From a candidate division TA06 bacterium 32_111 (GTDB taxonomy: Bacteria; Hydrothermota; 32-111): DNA of 64,000 nt. How positions within the stretch are numbered: position 1 is the stretch's first letter; the number at the start of each line of letters is the position of its first letter. The position numbers were made by a program, and so were the translations under genes. The stretch is from contig LGFX01000003.1 in NCBI GenBank assembly GCA_001508335.1, forward strand, positions 75,500-139,499. Direction: 5' to 3'. Below, one piece after another: positions 19,274 to 28,668 of the stretch. The notes beneath the pieces are model-generated. The model was not told where the DNA came from. It did no database searches and saw nothing but the letters and a program-made list of their open reading frames with translations.

Positions 19274-20929
19274 TTAAAAGTTATATCTTTTTAACCTTAT
19301 TAAAGCATAATTATAAATAATTACAAAAATAAAAAAAGTCAAAAGTGTTATAAAAATTATTGCATAGTAAAATTCACTAAAATTGAAGGGAATCTTTCTG
19401 AAACTTTTTTCAAAATAGTTTTTTACAGGTGTTGAAAGTATTGAGATGGAGATACCTATGTATATTAAAGAAACTATGGCGGAAACTATTCCGCCAAATC
19501 CACTCGCTATCTTCGATGGATTCGTCTCGTTGAAATCTGGTAAAATGGCACCAAATCCAGTGTTGATTATTGTTATCCCGAAAGAGAAGATAAAGGTTAT
19601 TAAAGAGGATAACATTATTATTAAAAGATCCATTTTTAAAAAAATGTTAGTTAAAACAATCAAAAATTCTCCAAGGAATAAGATTATCAAAAAGTTAAAT
19701 ATCAGTTTTGAATTAAAATAGTTTTCCATTCTTATAGAACTCTTTATTATGGAAAAGGTTTTTCCCTCAAGTGATATCAAAGGATAGATGAATCTAACCG
19801 ACAAAGTTGCCATTATATAAGATGAAAAACCAAGGTTGGCAAAGGAGAGAATATAAGTGTAAAATGGGGTTTTAAAATATATGGGACTTCTTATTATACT
19901 GAAAGAGTATATAAAAAGTAAAATCACAAAGATCAAAGATTGTCCCCACTGTGATGGATCCCTAAAAAAAATCACCATATCTTTAACTATAAGAAAGATC
20001 TCTAAATTTTTTGAGAATACCCTTTTTTCAAAAATTTTACTTCTTTCCTTTTTTGAAGAAAGGTTAAAGAGTGAAAACCCTAAATATTTTTTTCTATAAA
20101 TCCTGATCAATACAAAAAGAAAGGAAAATGTTAAAAAAAGATAAAAGGAAAGAAAAAAGTATAAAAGGTTTGAACTTTTTGCATTTATATCGTTAAAAAT
20201 TATTTGCAAAACTATACCACTTGGTAAATATTTGAACTGTTCAACTTCAAGAGAGTTCAAATATTTTGTAACCTCTTGAAGTGTTGCATTCTGGGGAAGG
20301 TTGAAAATATCAGGTTTTACAAAAATGAAAAAGAAAACAAAAAAGAATATCAAAAGGACAAAAATCAAAGTAACTATAAAATTTAAAGAGAATCTTTTGA
20401 AAAGGTCTGAGATCAAAAAAACAACCAGTATTCCAAAAGATGTTGAAATAAAAACCATCAAAATAAAAAGAAAAAGCCATTTTATAAGAAAAATCGTTTC
20501 AACCTTAAAAACATTTGAAATTGAAAATATCAAAGGTAAAGAGATTATTAAGGATGCCCATGAAGCATAGAAACCATTTTCAAAGAGTTTTGAAAAAAAT
20601 ATATGATGTGTTTTTAAAGGAGTAGAAAACAAAAATTCAAGTTCTGGAGTTTTAAAAAAAGTCGATATTGAAGTTATTATTGAACTTGTAAAAAGAAGAA
20701 AAAATATAATAGTAAAAAGCAAAGAACTGATCCTGTAAATAAAACCTTTTCCAATATCCTCAAGGTTCAAAAGATAGTTGAAAACCTTAAAGAAAACAAA
20801 ATAGGTTCCAAAAAGAAAAATAGAAATAACAAAGAAAAAGGTTAAAATCCTTATAAGAGTTTTGAAATCTTTTATGATAAGATACCTTAAAACAATTTTA
20901 CTCTTTAAAGAAAAAAGATCAGTTATCAT
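19274..20929 (-). CDS. ABC-2-type exporter permease (polytopic membrane protein)
   Basis: 551 aa, more than 10 predicted TM segments; overlaps the ABC ATPase gene. Confidence 0.6.
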   Translation of the reverse strand: MITDLFSLKSKIVLRYLIIKDFKTLIRILTFFFVISIFLFGTYFVFFKVFNYLLNLEDIGKGFIYRISSLLFTIIFFLLFTSSIITSISTFFKTPELEFLFSTPLKTHHIFFSKLFENGFYASWASLIISLPLIFSISNVFKVETIFLIKWLFLFILMVFISTSFGILVVFLISDLFKRFSLNFIVTLIFVLLIFFFVFFFIFVKPDIFNLPQNATLQEVTKYLNSLEVEQFKYLPSGIVLQIIFNDINAKSSNLLYFFLSFYLFLTFSFLFVLIRIYRKKYLGFSLFNLSSKKERSKIFEKRVFSKNLEIFLIVKDMVIFFRDPSQWGQSLIFVILLFIYSFSIIRSPIYFKTPFYTYILSFANLGFSSYIMATLSVRFIYPLISLEGKTFSIIKSSIRMENYFNSKLIFNFLIILFLGEFLIVLTNIFLKMDLLIIMLSSLITFIFSFGITIINTGFGAILPDFNETNPSKIASGFGGIVSAIVSLIYIGISISILSTPVKNYFEKSFRKIPFNFSEFYYAIIFITLLTFFIFVIIYNYALIRLKRYNF

Positions 20930-21671
20930 TTTTTGTTATCTCTAAAAATAATTCTTCAAGGTTTGATTTCTTTAAACTTTCCTTTAAATTGTCTATTGAA
21001 CCGAAATAAACAAGGTTTCCCTTATCCATTATTCCTATCTTATTACATATCTCTTCCGCAAGAGAAAGAGTGTGTGTTGAAATGAAAAGAATCCTATTAG
21101 AAAAAGAAAACTCTTTAAAGAGATCTTTCACTATCTTTGAACTTTTTGGATCAAGCCCGACCATAGGTTCATCGATCAAAAATATATCCGGTGAATGAAT
21201 AAAACTGCTCGCTATTATTATCCTCTGTTTCATTCCATGAGAATACTCTTCACTTCTAATATCCATATAATCTGAAAATTCAAGTTTTTTTGAATACTCA
21301 TCTATTTTTTTCTCTAAACTCTTCTTATCCATCCCATACAACCTTCCAACAAAATATAAAAACTCTCTTCCTGTAAGTTTATCGTAAAGAAAAGGTGTGT
21401 CTGGAACATACCCTAAACTCCTTTTAAGAGCCTGATCAAAGCCTTTATTACTTTTTCCATTTATAAGTACATCCCCTCCATCATATTCAAGGAGACCTCC
21501 AATACATTTTATTGTTGTAGTTTTTCCAGCACCATTTGGACCAATGAACCCAAATATATCACCGCCTGAAAGTTTGAAACTTATATTGTTAACTGCAGTT
21601 TTTTTCCCATACCTTTTGGTTAAATTTTTAACCTCAAGAATTATTTCTTTTCCCATCCTTTTTTGCTCCAA
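20919..21671 (-). CDS. ABC transporter ATP-binding protein
   Basis: Walker A GPNGAGKTTT, signature YSHGMKQR, Walker B IFLIDEP; true start is probably the internal MGKEI. Confidence 0.9.
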   Translation of the reverse strand: MEQKRMGKEIILEVKNLTKRYGKKTAVNNISFKLSGGDIFGFIGPNGAGKTTTIKCIGGLLEYDGGDVLINGKSNKGFDQALKRSLGYVPDTPFLYDKLTGREFLYFVGRLYGMDKKSLEKKIDEYSKKLEFSDYMDIRSEEYSHGMKQRIIIASSFIHSPDIFLIDEPMVGLDPKSSKIVKDLFKEFSFSNRILFISTHTLSLAEEICNKIGIMDKGNLVYFGSIDNLKESLKKSNLEELFLEITKNDN

Positions 21672-23220
21672 CTTTTTTCATTTTAATTTTTCTTAACTTG
21701 TTTGCGAACCTATGTGCTTCACCTATAATTTTCTTGATCAAAAAGAAAGATGGAGATCTCAAATCCAGCTGTACACTTTTTCCGTCTGGAAAGAAAATTG
21801 TGTTAGTTCTTTTTGCCACAGAAACAAGTTCTATGCTTTTGTTAAGTTCATCAAGAACAAATTTTGCAACACCTATCTGTCCAGGACCACCATCAATTAT
21901 TGCAAGATCGACATCATACTTTTCAAGATACCTTTTAAAGATCTCTCTTATTGAAAGATAATCGTCATTACCTATTTCGTCAAGGTTGTAATATCTGTAA
22001 AAAGATTTTTTTGGTTTTCCATACTCAAAAAAAACAACCGCTCCACTATTCCATCCACCTGAAAGATGTGATATATCAACTCCTATTATGTTTTTGGGAA
22101 GTTCTTTTAAATTTAAACTTTTTTTAAGATCTATAACTGTAGATGGAACATACTCCTTTTTTATATCCTTATAAAGTTGATTATCGGAATTTTCTTTTGC
22201 TATCCTGTATGGTTCCCTATCTATTAAACTTTTTTCTATGTTTACAACCTTTATATTCTTATCTTTAAAAAATTCAAGAAAAGTTTCATCTGAAAAGTTG
22301 AAATCCAAAACCAATGTTGAAAAATTAAAATCTGAAGTTAAGGTGTAGTAATCAAGAACGGTTTCCTTACACACTTCATCTTTTGGCATTTTTTCATTGA
22401 AAGAAAATCTTTTCGTTATTATATCTGAAATGTAATTTTCCCTTATTTTTAGAACTGAAAAAGCTCCACTCTTCTTCTCAAAAGAAAAAGAAATAAGGTC
22501 CCTATTTTGATATCTGAATGTTAATTTTTTCCCCTTCTTTATTTCCCTCTTAATAAAATCTATACTATCCCTTATAAACGCTGCATTTTCAAAATCTTCT
22601 TTCTCCGAAAGTTCATCCATATAACCTTTTAAGAAATCTATCAATCTTTTTGTCCCCCCATTTAGAATTTCCTTAACCTTTTTTATCTTTTCTTCATAAA
22701 CTCTCTTTTCCTCTTCTATCTGACAAACTCCTCCACAGTTTCCCATCTGGTATTCAATACACAATTTTTTTGGATTTTTAGATTTGCATCCTTTCAAAGA
22801 AAAAATTTTATTCAAAGTTTCTATAACATTTTTTACATAGGAAACTTTTGAGAATGGACCAAAAAATGTTCCCTCATCCACTTTATAGGTTAAAGATAAG
22901 GTTGGATATTTTTCCTTCGAAATTTTTATGTAGGGATAGGTGGTTGAATCTTTCAGTTTAACATTGTATTTTGGTTTAAATCTACTTATAAGTTTGAATT
23001 CTAAAAACAAAGCGTTCTTTTGATCTTTTGTTAAAAGGTAATCAACCCTATCAGTTTCCTGCAAGATAAATGGGATCTGTATCCTTTTATCCTGTTCAAA
23101 AAAATATTGTTTAACTCTTTTTTTTATAGAGGATGCTTTTCCTATATATATAACTCTCCCAAACTTATCTTTAAATATATAAACACCCGGTTCATCTGGA
23201 AGATTTTTATAATCAATCAT
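21634..23220 (-). CDS. uvrC: Excinuclease ABC subunit C (UvrC), apparently lacking the C-terminal (HhH)2 domain
   Basis: 528 aa; GIY-YIG (PGVYIFKDKFGRVIYIGKA), UVR domain, RNase-H-like endonuclease domain (GVDISHLSGG...IDGGPGQ); ends in a basic tail without helix-hairpin-helix. Confidence 0.8.
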   Translation of the reverse strand: MIDYKNLPDEPGVYIFKDKFGRVIYIGKASSIKKRVKQYFFEQDKRIQIPFILQETDRVDYLLTKDQKNALFLEFKLISRFKPKYNVKLKDSTTYPYIKISKEKYPTLSLTYKVDEGTFFGPFSKVSYVKNVIETLNKIFSLKGCKSKNPKKLCIEYQMGNCGGVCQIEEEKRVYEEKIKKVKEILNGGTKRLIDFLKGYMDELSEKEDFENAAFIRDSIDFIKREIKKGKKLTFRYQNRDLISFSFEKKSGAFSVLKIRENYISDIITKRFSFNEKMPKDEVCKETVLDYYTLTSDFNFSTLVLDFNFSDETFLEFFKDKNIKVVNIEKSLIDREPYRIAKENSDNQLYKDIKKEYVPSTVIDLKKSLNLKELPKNIIGVDISHLSGGWNSGAVVFFEYGKPKKSFYRYYNLDEIGNDDYLSIREIFKRYLEKYDVDLAIIDGGPGQIGVAKFVLDELNKSIELVSVAKRTNTIFFPDGKSVQLDLRSPSFFLIKKIIGEAHRFANKLRKIKMKKVGAKKDGKRNNS

Positions 23221-24310
23221 AGAACTGGTTTATTTTTTCAATTATGTAAAAGACCTCTTCATCCTCAAGTTCTGGATAGATTGGAAGTGATAAAATCTTT
23301 CTTGAAACTTCTTCAGAAACAGGTAAAGAGTACTCTTTTTTTATAATATTTAAAACAGCGTTCTGTTTATGGAGTGGAAGAGGATAGTAAATTGTTGAAT
23401 CAATTCCATTCTCTTTCAAAAAATCTTTTAACTTATCCCTTTTCTCAGTTAAAATTGAGTACTGATGGTATATATGGTAATATCCTTTTTTTTCAAAAGG
23501 CTTTTTGACTTTATCTGTTATTTTTAAATTGTAATTTTTTGCTATCTCCCTTCTTCTTCCATTTATCTGTTCTATCCTTTTCATCTTTAACATAAGCAGT
23601 GCTGCCTGTAAAGTGTCCAACCTTGAGTTATAACCAAGTTCTTCATGTATATATTTTTCGGTTGAACCGTGAACCCTTAAACTTTTTACCTTTCTATAAA
23701 AGTTTTCTGAATCTGTAACAACCATCCCACCATCTCCAGCACATCCAATATTCTTTGTAGGGAAAAAACTTACCGTTCCAGCGATACCGAAATTACCACA
23801 TTTTCTTTCGCCAATCCTTGCACCTAAAGATTGTGCACAATCCTCAATAATCAAAAGTCCATATTTTTTTGCTATCTTCTCTATCCCAACCATATCCGCT
23901 GGATGACCAAATATATGTACGGGGAGAATAGCTTTAGTCTTTTTTGTTATCTTTTTTTCTATCTGGGAAAGATCCATTGTAAAATCATCATAGTTAATAT
24001 CAACAAAAACAGGCACACCTTTAAGTTGGAGAATAGTTTCAACTGTAGCGAAAAATGTGAAAGGAGTAGTAATAACTTCATCTTCCTCCTTTATACCCGC
24101 TGCCTTTAATGATAGCAAAAGTGCATCTGTTCCATTCCCAACACCTATTCCATACTTTACACCAATATATTCTGCAATACTTTTTTCAAGATTTGAAACA
24201 TCTTCCCCCAAAATGAAATTTCCCTTATCAAAGATACTGTTTATAGCATCAACATATTCCTTTCTATACTTTCTATACTCCCTTGTAAGATCAAGCATTT
24301 TAACTCTCAT
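23213..24310 (-). CDS. DegT/DnrJ/EryC1-family PLP-dependent sugar aminotransferase
   Basis: 365 aa; GVGNGTDALLL, DCAQSLGA, FFPTKNIGCAGDGG. Confidence 0.88.
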   Translation of the reverse strand: MRVKMLDLTREYRKYRKEYVDAINSIFDKGNFILGEDVSNLEKSIAEYIGVKYGIGVGNGTDALLLSLKAAGIKEEDEVITTPFTFFATVETILQLKGVPVFVDINYDDFTMDLSQIEKKITKKTKAILPVHIFGHPADMVGIEKIAKKYGLLIIEDCAQSLGARIGERKCGNFGIAGTVSFFPTKNIGCAGDGGMVVTDSENFYRKVKSLRVHGSTEKYIHEELGYNSRLDTLQAALLMLKMKRIEQINGRRREIAKNYNLKITDKVKKPFEKKGYYHIYHQYSILTEKRDKLKDFLKENGIDSTIYYPLPLHKQNAVLNIIKKEYSLPVSEEVSRKILSLPIYPELEDEEVFYIIEKINQFYD

Positions 24311-24899
24311 CTAAAAAAACTCCTTCCTTTTTTATTTGATATTTTTTTCCACAGTTGGAACAGGTATATTTTTGTTCCTTCTCAACAGGATATTTTACCC
24401 CTCTCATCTTAAAACCACATTCACACATATATCCAACAATCCTTGCAGGGTTTCCAACAACGATAGCATAATCAGGAACATCCCTTGTTACAACACTGCC
24501 TGCACCAACAAAAGCCCACCTTCCTATAGTTATGCCACAAACTATAGTCGCGTTTGCACCGATGGATGCACCCCTTTTAACTTTAGTTGGAATCCAGTTA
24601 CCATGTTTTGGATATGGTGCTCTCGGGTTTAGATCGTTTGTGAAAACCATTGATGGACCTAAAAAAACATCATCCTCTATTTCAACCATACCGTAAACGG
24701 AAACATTGTTTTGTATTTTAACACCATTCCCTACAACAGCCCTATTTTCAACTGTAACGGACTGTCCAATTGTGCAATTTTTACCTATCTTTGCTCCAGA
24801 CATTATATGTGAGAAGTGCCAAATTTTTGTTCCTTCACCTATTTTAGCACCCTCATCAACATAACTCGATTGATGAACAAAATATTTTTTTTCATCCAT
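24300..24899 (-). CDS. Left-handed beta-helix (hexapeptide) sugar N-acetyltransferase with C-terminal 4-Cys zinc ribbon
   Basis: Hexapeptide repeats (GAKIGEGTKIWHFSHIMSGAKIGKNCTIGQ...) followed by CECGFKMRG...CSNCGKKY. Confidence 0.75.
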   Translation of the reverse strand: MDEKKYFVHQSSYVDEGAKIGEGTKIWHFSHIMSGAKIGKNCTIGQSVTVENRAVVGNGVKIQNNVSVYGMVEIEDDVFLGPSMVFTNDLNPRAPYPKHGNWIPTKVKRGASIGANATIVCGITIGRWAFVGAGSVVTRDVPDYAIVVGNPARIVGYMCECGFKMRGVKYPVEKEQKYTCSNCGKKYQIKKEGVFLDES

Positions 24900-25821
24900 T
24901 ATTCAGGTTCTCCTTAAAATATTTTACTGTTTTTTCTATACCTTCATCAAAATCTGTAAAATCTAAATTATAATCCTTTCTTATAAGGGAACTATCAAGA
25001 AGACTTTTAACTATTTCTCCCTTTCTTTTATCTTCAAACTTTGGCTCCAAACTGTATGAAGGAAAATGTTTCCTTATACTTTCAAAAACTTCAAGAACAG
25101 ATTTACTTTTACCAGTTCCAACATTGTATATTTTGTTTTTTCCCTTTTCTAAAGAGAGAATGTTGGCTTCAACAATATCCTGAACGTAAACGTAATCCCT
25201 ATACATCTTTCCGTAACCGTAAAGAGTACATTCAAGATTTTTAATGATTCTATTTATGAATATTGCAACAACTCCAGCCTCTCCCTTTACGGATTGTCTT
25301 TCACCGTAAACGTTCCCATATCTTAATATTGTATAATCGTATCCATAATTTTTACTGAAAAATTTTATATAATACTCTCCAGCATATTTTGAAATTCCAT
25401 AACAGGATTCTGGATTCTTTTCATAATTCTCTCCTACAGGTTTATCAACTTCCCCATATATAGCACCTCCAGATGATGAGAAAATAATCTTTTTCGAATT
25501 GACCTCTTTCATAAGATCAAGAATGTTTATTGTTCCTATGATGTTTATTTTAGCATCCCTTTCTGGTTCTTCAGTTGAAATTCTAACATCTATCTGTGCT
25601 GCAAGATGAAAAATTATCTCCGGCTTAACCTCTTTGAAAACTTTTTTTAAACTCTCTTTATCTGAAATATCACATTTAAAAAATTTAGAATTTTTGTTAA
25701 TATTTCTCTCATCTCCACTTGATAGATCATCAACTATAAAAACCTCTTCTTTTTTTTCTACCAACCTATCAACAAGATTCGATCCAATAAAACCAGCACC
25801 TCCAGTTACAAGAATCCTCAT
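24892..25821 (-). CDS. NAD-dependent sugar epimerase/dehydratase (SDR family)
   Basis: MRILVTGGAGFIGSNL (Rossmann GxxGxxG); YGISK (YxxxK). Confidence 0.85.
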   Translation of the reverse strand: MRILVTGGAGFIGSNLVDRLVEKKEEVFIVDDLSSGDERNINKNSKFFKCDISDKESLKKVFKEVKPEIIFHLAAQIDVRISTEEPERDAKINIIGTINILDLMKEVNSKKIIFSSSGGAIYGEVDKPVGENYEKNPESCYGISKYAGEYYIKFFSKNYGYDYTILRYGNVYGERQSVKGEAGVVAIFINRIIKNLECTLYGYGKMYRDYVYVQDIVEANILSLEKGKNKIYNVGTGKSKSVLEVFESIRKHFPSYSLEPKFEDKRKGEIVKSLLDSSLIRKDYNLDFTDFDEGIEKTVKYFKENLNNG

Positions 25822-27293
25822 AGGTTTACTCCTATTTTAAATTTTATTTCAAAAATATTTCTCTCTTCCCCAACTATATTTTGATAGTTTTTTATATACA
25901 GATCTGAAATATCTAAATTCAAAAAGATTCTCTCTTTAAAAAATTCTCCATAAAAATTTATTCCGTTTTTTAAAGTTGTTTCAACCCTACCAGAAGGAAA
26001 AGGAGGAGAAGTTAAAGGCATCTCACTTTCCCATGAATCGAAAAGATCCCTTGAACCTTTTCTCAAAAAAGAAATGTTATAGCCACTTTTTATTGTTTCA
26101 TTAAACCTATAATCAAATTTGAAGAGAAGAAAATCACCATCCGTTCCAAAAAAATAGGAAATAGGCCTTCTATAATAGGAATAGTTCAACCTATCGAACT
26201 CATGTGTTCCGGTATAGGTGTTTATCCTGCAATATTCCAAACCGAACAGAATTTTTCTTAAATTTTTTGGTGAATAGGTCAAAGAAAAAAGATACCCTAA
26301 CTTGTTTGGAACATAAGAAAATTCTGGTTGATACTGGTAATCATCTATAAAAAGTTCGTTGTAAATTTTAAAACCGAAAAGATCCTCAAAAGTCAAATCA
26401 AAACTCCATATTATGTTATCATCTGAAAAAGAGTTATTTTGAATGATGTAGTAAAAGATTATTGGATTAAGGTATGGTGGTTGAGGCAAATTCGATTGAT
26501 AAATTATCATCTCTTTAAAAGAAAAATTTATATTTTTTGAAATAAAATATTGTAACCTGTGGGTTGACATATATGTGTTATCAGTTCTTTTTTTATCCTT
26601 TAAATAGTAAGGGGTAAGGTAAACCGTAAAATAGAAAAATTTCAATTTTTTAAAATCGTATTCAAAAAGTATTCCATCAAGTGATAAAAGATCTTTTGAA
26701 AAGTAAATGTTGTCGTAAAAACCACCACCCCAAACAGGTTTAATCCTTCCAAAAATCAAATAGTAATCTTTTGAAAATACTCCTAAAAAAGTGTTGTTGA
26801 AATCGGAACCTGTTTTTTCCCAATCTTTCATCCTATAATAGAAAGAATCCCTTTCTACAAATGGAAAAAATAGATCGAAGGATATATTATAAAAAAGGTT
26901 CTTTTTGCTGTTTTTTATCAAAAGGTTTGTATAGGTTATAAGAGAATCCTTAAAGTTGGTAGAATCCAAAACCAGATTGAAATCTGACTGGTTATAAATA
27001 TCGAAATGGTATCTATATTTTGAACTCTTCTTTCCATAGATTGAAAGAAGTTTTTCTATCATAAAAATCTCTTCTTTTGAAAGATCACTTCTTTTTTTTG
27101 CAGATCTCAAATCCTTTAAAAGTTGGTCAACTCTTAAAGGGTAGGTTCTTCCATCAAGATCTATTATATTTTTCTGATACAACTCTTCTATTATTTGACT
27201 TCCATACTCGTTATCAAAAATCAATTCAAAAGAGAAAATCTTTACACAAAACAAGATAATAAAAATAGATAAAAAAATTTTTTTACCATCCAT
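25818..27293 (-). CDS. Secreted hypothetical protein, possibly Wzi-like capsule-assembly outer-membrane protein
   Basis: 491 aa; signal peptide; aromatic-rich beta-strand pattern; sits inside the glycan locus. The Wzi assignment is tentative. Confidence 0.35.
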   Translation of the reverse strand: MDGKKIFLSIFIILFCVKIFSFELIFDNEYGSQIIEELYQKNIIDLDGRTYPLRVDQLLKDLRSAKKRSDLSKEEIFMIEKLLSIYGKKSSKYRYHFDIYNQSDFNLVLDSTNFKDSLITYTNLLIKNSKKNLFYNISFDLFFPFVERDSFYYRMKDWEKTGSDFNNTFLGVFSKDYYLIFGRIKPVWGGGFYDNIYFSKDLLSLDGILFEYDFKKLKFFYFTVYLTPYYLKDKKRTDNTYMSTHRLQYFISKNINFSFKEMIIYQSNLPQPPYLNPIIFYYIIQNNSFSDDNIIWSFDLTFEDLFGFKIYNELFIDDYQYQPEFSYVPNKLGYLFSLTYSPKNLRKILFGLEYCRINTYTGTHEFDRLNYSYYRRPISYFFGTDGDFLLFKFDYRFNETIKSGYNISFLRKGSRDLFDSWESEMPLTSPPFPSGRVETTLKNGINFYGEFFKERIFLNLDISDLYIKNYQNIVGEERNIFEIKFKIGVNL

Positions 27294-28665
27294 TTCCTTT
27301 TAATACCTCAGGTACAGTTTTTAAGATTATAATAAAATCATAGAGTAAAGACCAATTATCTATATACTCCAAATCTTTTTTCATCCATTCAACAAAATCT
27401 ATGTTATTTCTTCCAGATATCTGCCATAAACATGTTAATCCTGGTTTAAAAGATAACCTCCTTCTATGCCAGAAATCATACTCTTTAACTTCTGAAGGAA
27501 GGGGAGGTCTTGGTCCAACAAAACTCATCTCACCTTTTAGAATGTTTATAAGTTGAGGAAGTTCGTCGATACTATATTTCCTTAAAAATCTTCCAAAAGG
27601 GGTTATTCTCGGATCTTTTTCCATTTTAAATACTGGACCATTCATCTGATTCTTCTTTTTCAGAAGGATCTTTCTCTCTTCAGCATCCTTTTCCATGGTT
27701 CTGAATTTTATTATTTTAAAAATCTCTCCATTCATTCCAACCCTTTCCTGAACAAAAAATATTGGCTTTCCGTTTAAAATTAAAACAACCGTTGAAACAA
27801 TTAAAAAGATTGGAGAGAGTAATATTAAAAATAAAAAAGCAAAGATTTTATCGAGGAAATATTTTATTTGCAACTTCTGGTAAATTTCGCTTCTTAAGGT
27901 TGTCATCTCTATAAAGTTGAACTCTTTAAATTTCTCAATATACAAGAAAAATCTTTTAGGATTAAAGAGAGGATCGATATTCAAAAAAACTTTTATTCCA
28001 CTTTCAACTATATTTGTTATCTGCTCGTTAAAATCTTCCAAGTTTTCCTTTTCACTCGAAATAAATAATCCATCAATATGCATACTTTTAAGTTCGTTTA
28101 AAATATCATTTTTTAGATCATCAAGTTTTAAAATTTTTAATATTCTTATACCCCAATCTATATTCTTTTCTATCTGTTCTTTCATCTTTTCAAAATAGTT
28201 CCCATCACCTATCAAAACAATTTTAAAAACATTTTTTCCTTCCCTTACTTTTTTCAATCTATAGTTGTAAAGTATTCTTCTTTCAAAAAGAAGAAGAGAT
28301 GTGTTCAATAATATAAAGATTATTATAAAAACTCTCGAAATTATAAAACCTTTGATCAAAAAAATGAATGTGAATAAAAAGAGTGTTCCATAAAAATTGT
28401 TAACAACAACTTCAAAGAATTCTTTTCTAAAGTAAATTCCCTTAAAAACATCCTCTTCCTTTATCCTTGAATAAAGAAAAAACCAAACAAAAAGTATTAA
28501 AAGAAAAACAATGTTGTAGTACTGAGGGTTATAGCGGAACTCTTCCCCTTTCCATATTATTAAACTTCTCAAAAAGAATGAAAACCAGAAAGAAAAAACT
28601 GTTATAAGAAGATCAAAAATAAGAGTGTATATCTTTTCAGAATCTATCTTTTTTTTGTAAAACAA
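27283..28665 (-). CDS. Polyprenyl-phosphate hexose-1-phosphate transferase (bacterial sugar transferase, WbaP/PglC-like long form)
   Basis: N-terminal TM helices; C-terminal catalytic domain PIFFVQERVG...KFRTM...DELPQLINILKGEMSFVGPRP. Confidence 0.85.
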   Translation of the reverse strand: MFYKKKIDSEKIYTLIFDLLITVFSFWFSFFLRSLIIWKGEEFRYNPQYYNIVFLLILFVWFFLYSRIKEEDVFKGIYFRKEFFEVVVNNFYGTLFLFTFIFLIKGFIISRVFIIIFILLNTSLLLFERRILYNYRLKKVREGKNVFKIVLIGDGNYFEKMKEQIEKNIDWGIRILKILKLDDLKNDILNELKSMHIDGLFISSEKENLEDFNEQITNIVESGIKVFLNIDPLFNPKRFFLYIEKFKEFNFIEMTTLRSEIYQKLQIKYFLDKIFAFLFLILLSPIFLIVSTVVLILNGKPIFFVQERVGMNGEIFKIIKFRTMEKDAEERKILLKKKNQMNGPVFKMEKDPRITPFGRFLRKYSIDELPQLINILKGEMSFVGPRPPLPSEVKEYDFWHRRRLSFKPGLTCLWQISGRNNIDFVEWMKKDLEYIDNWSLLYDFIIILKTVPEVLKGNGW

Positions 28666-28668
28666 GGT

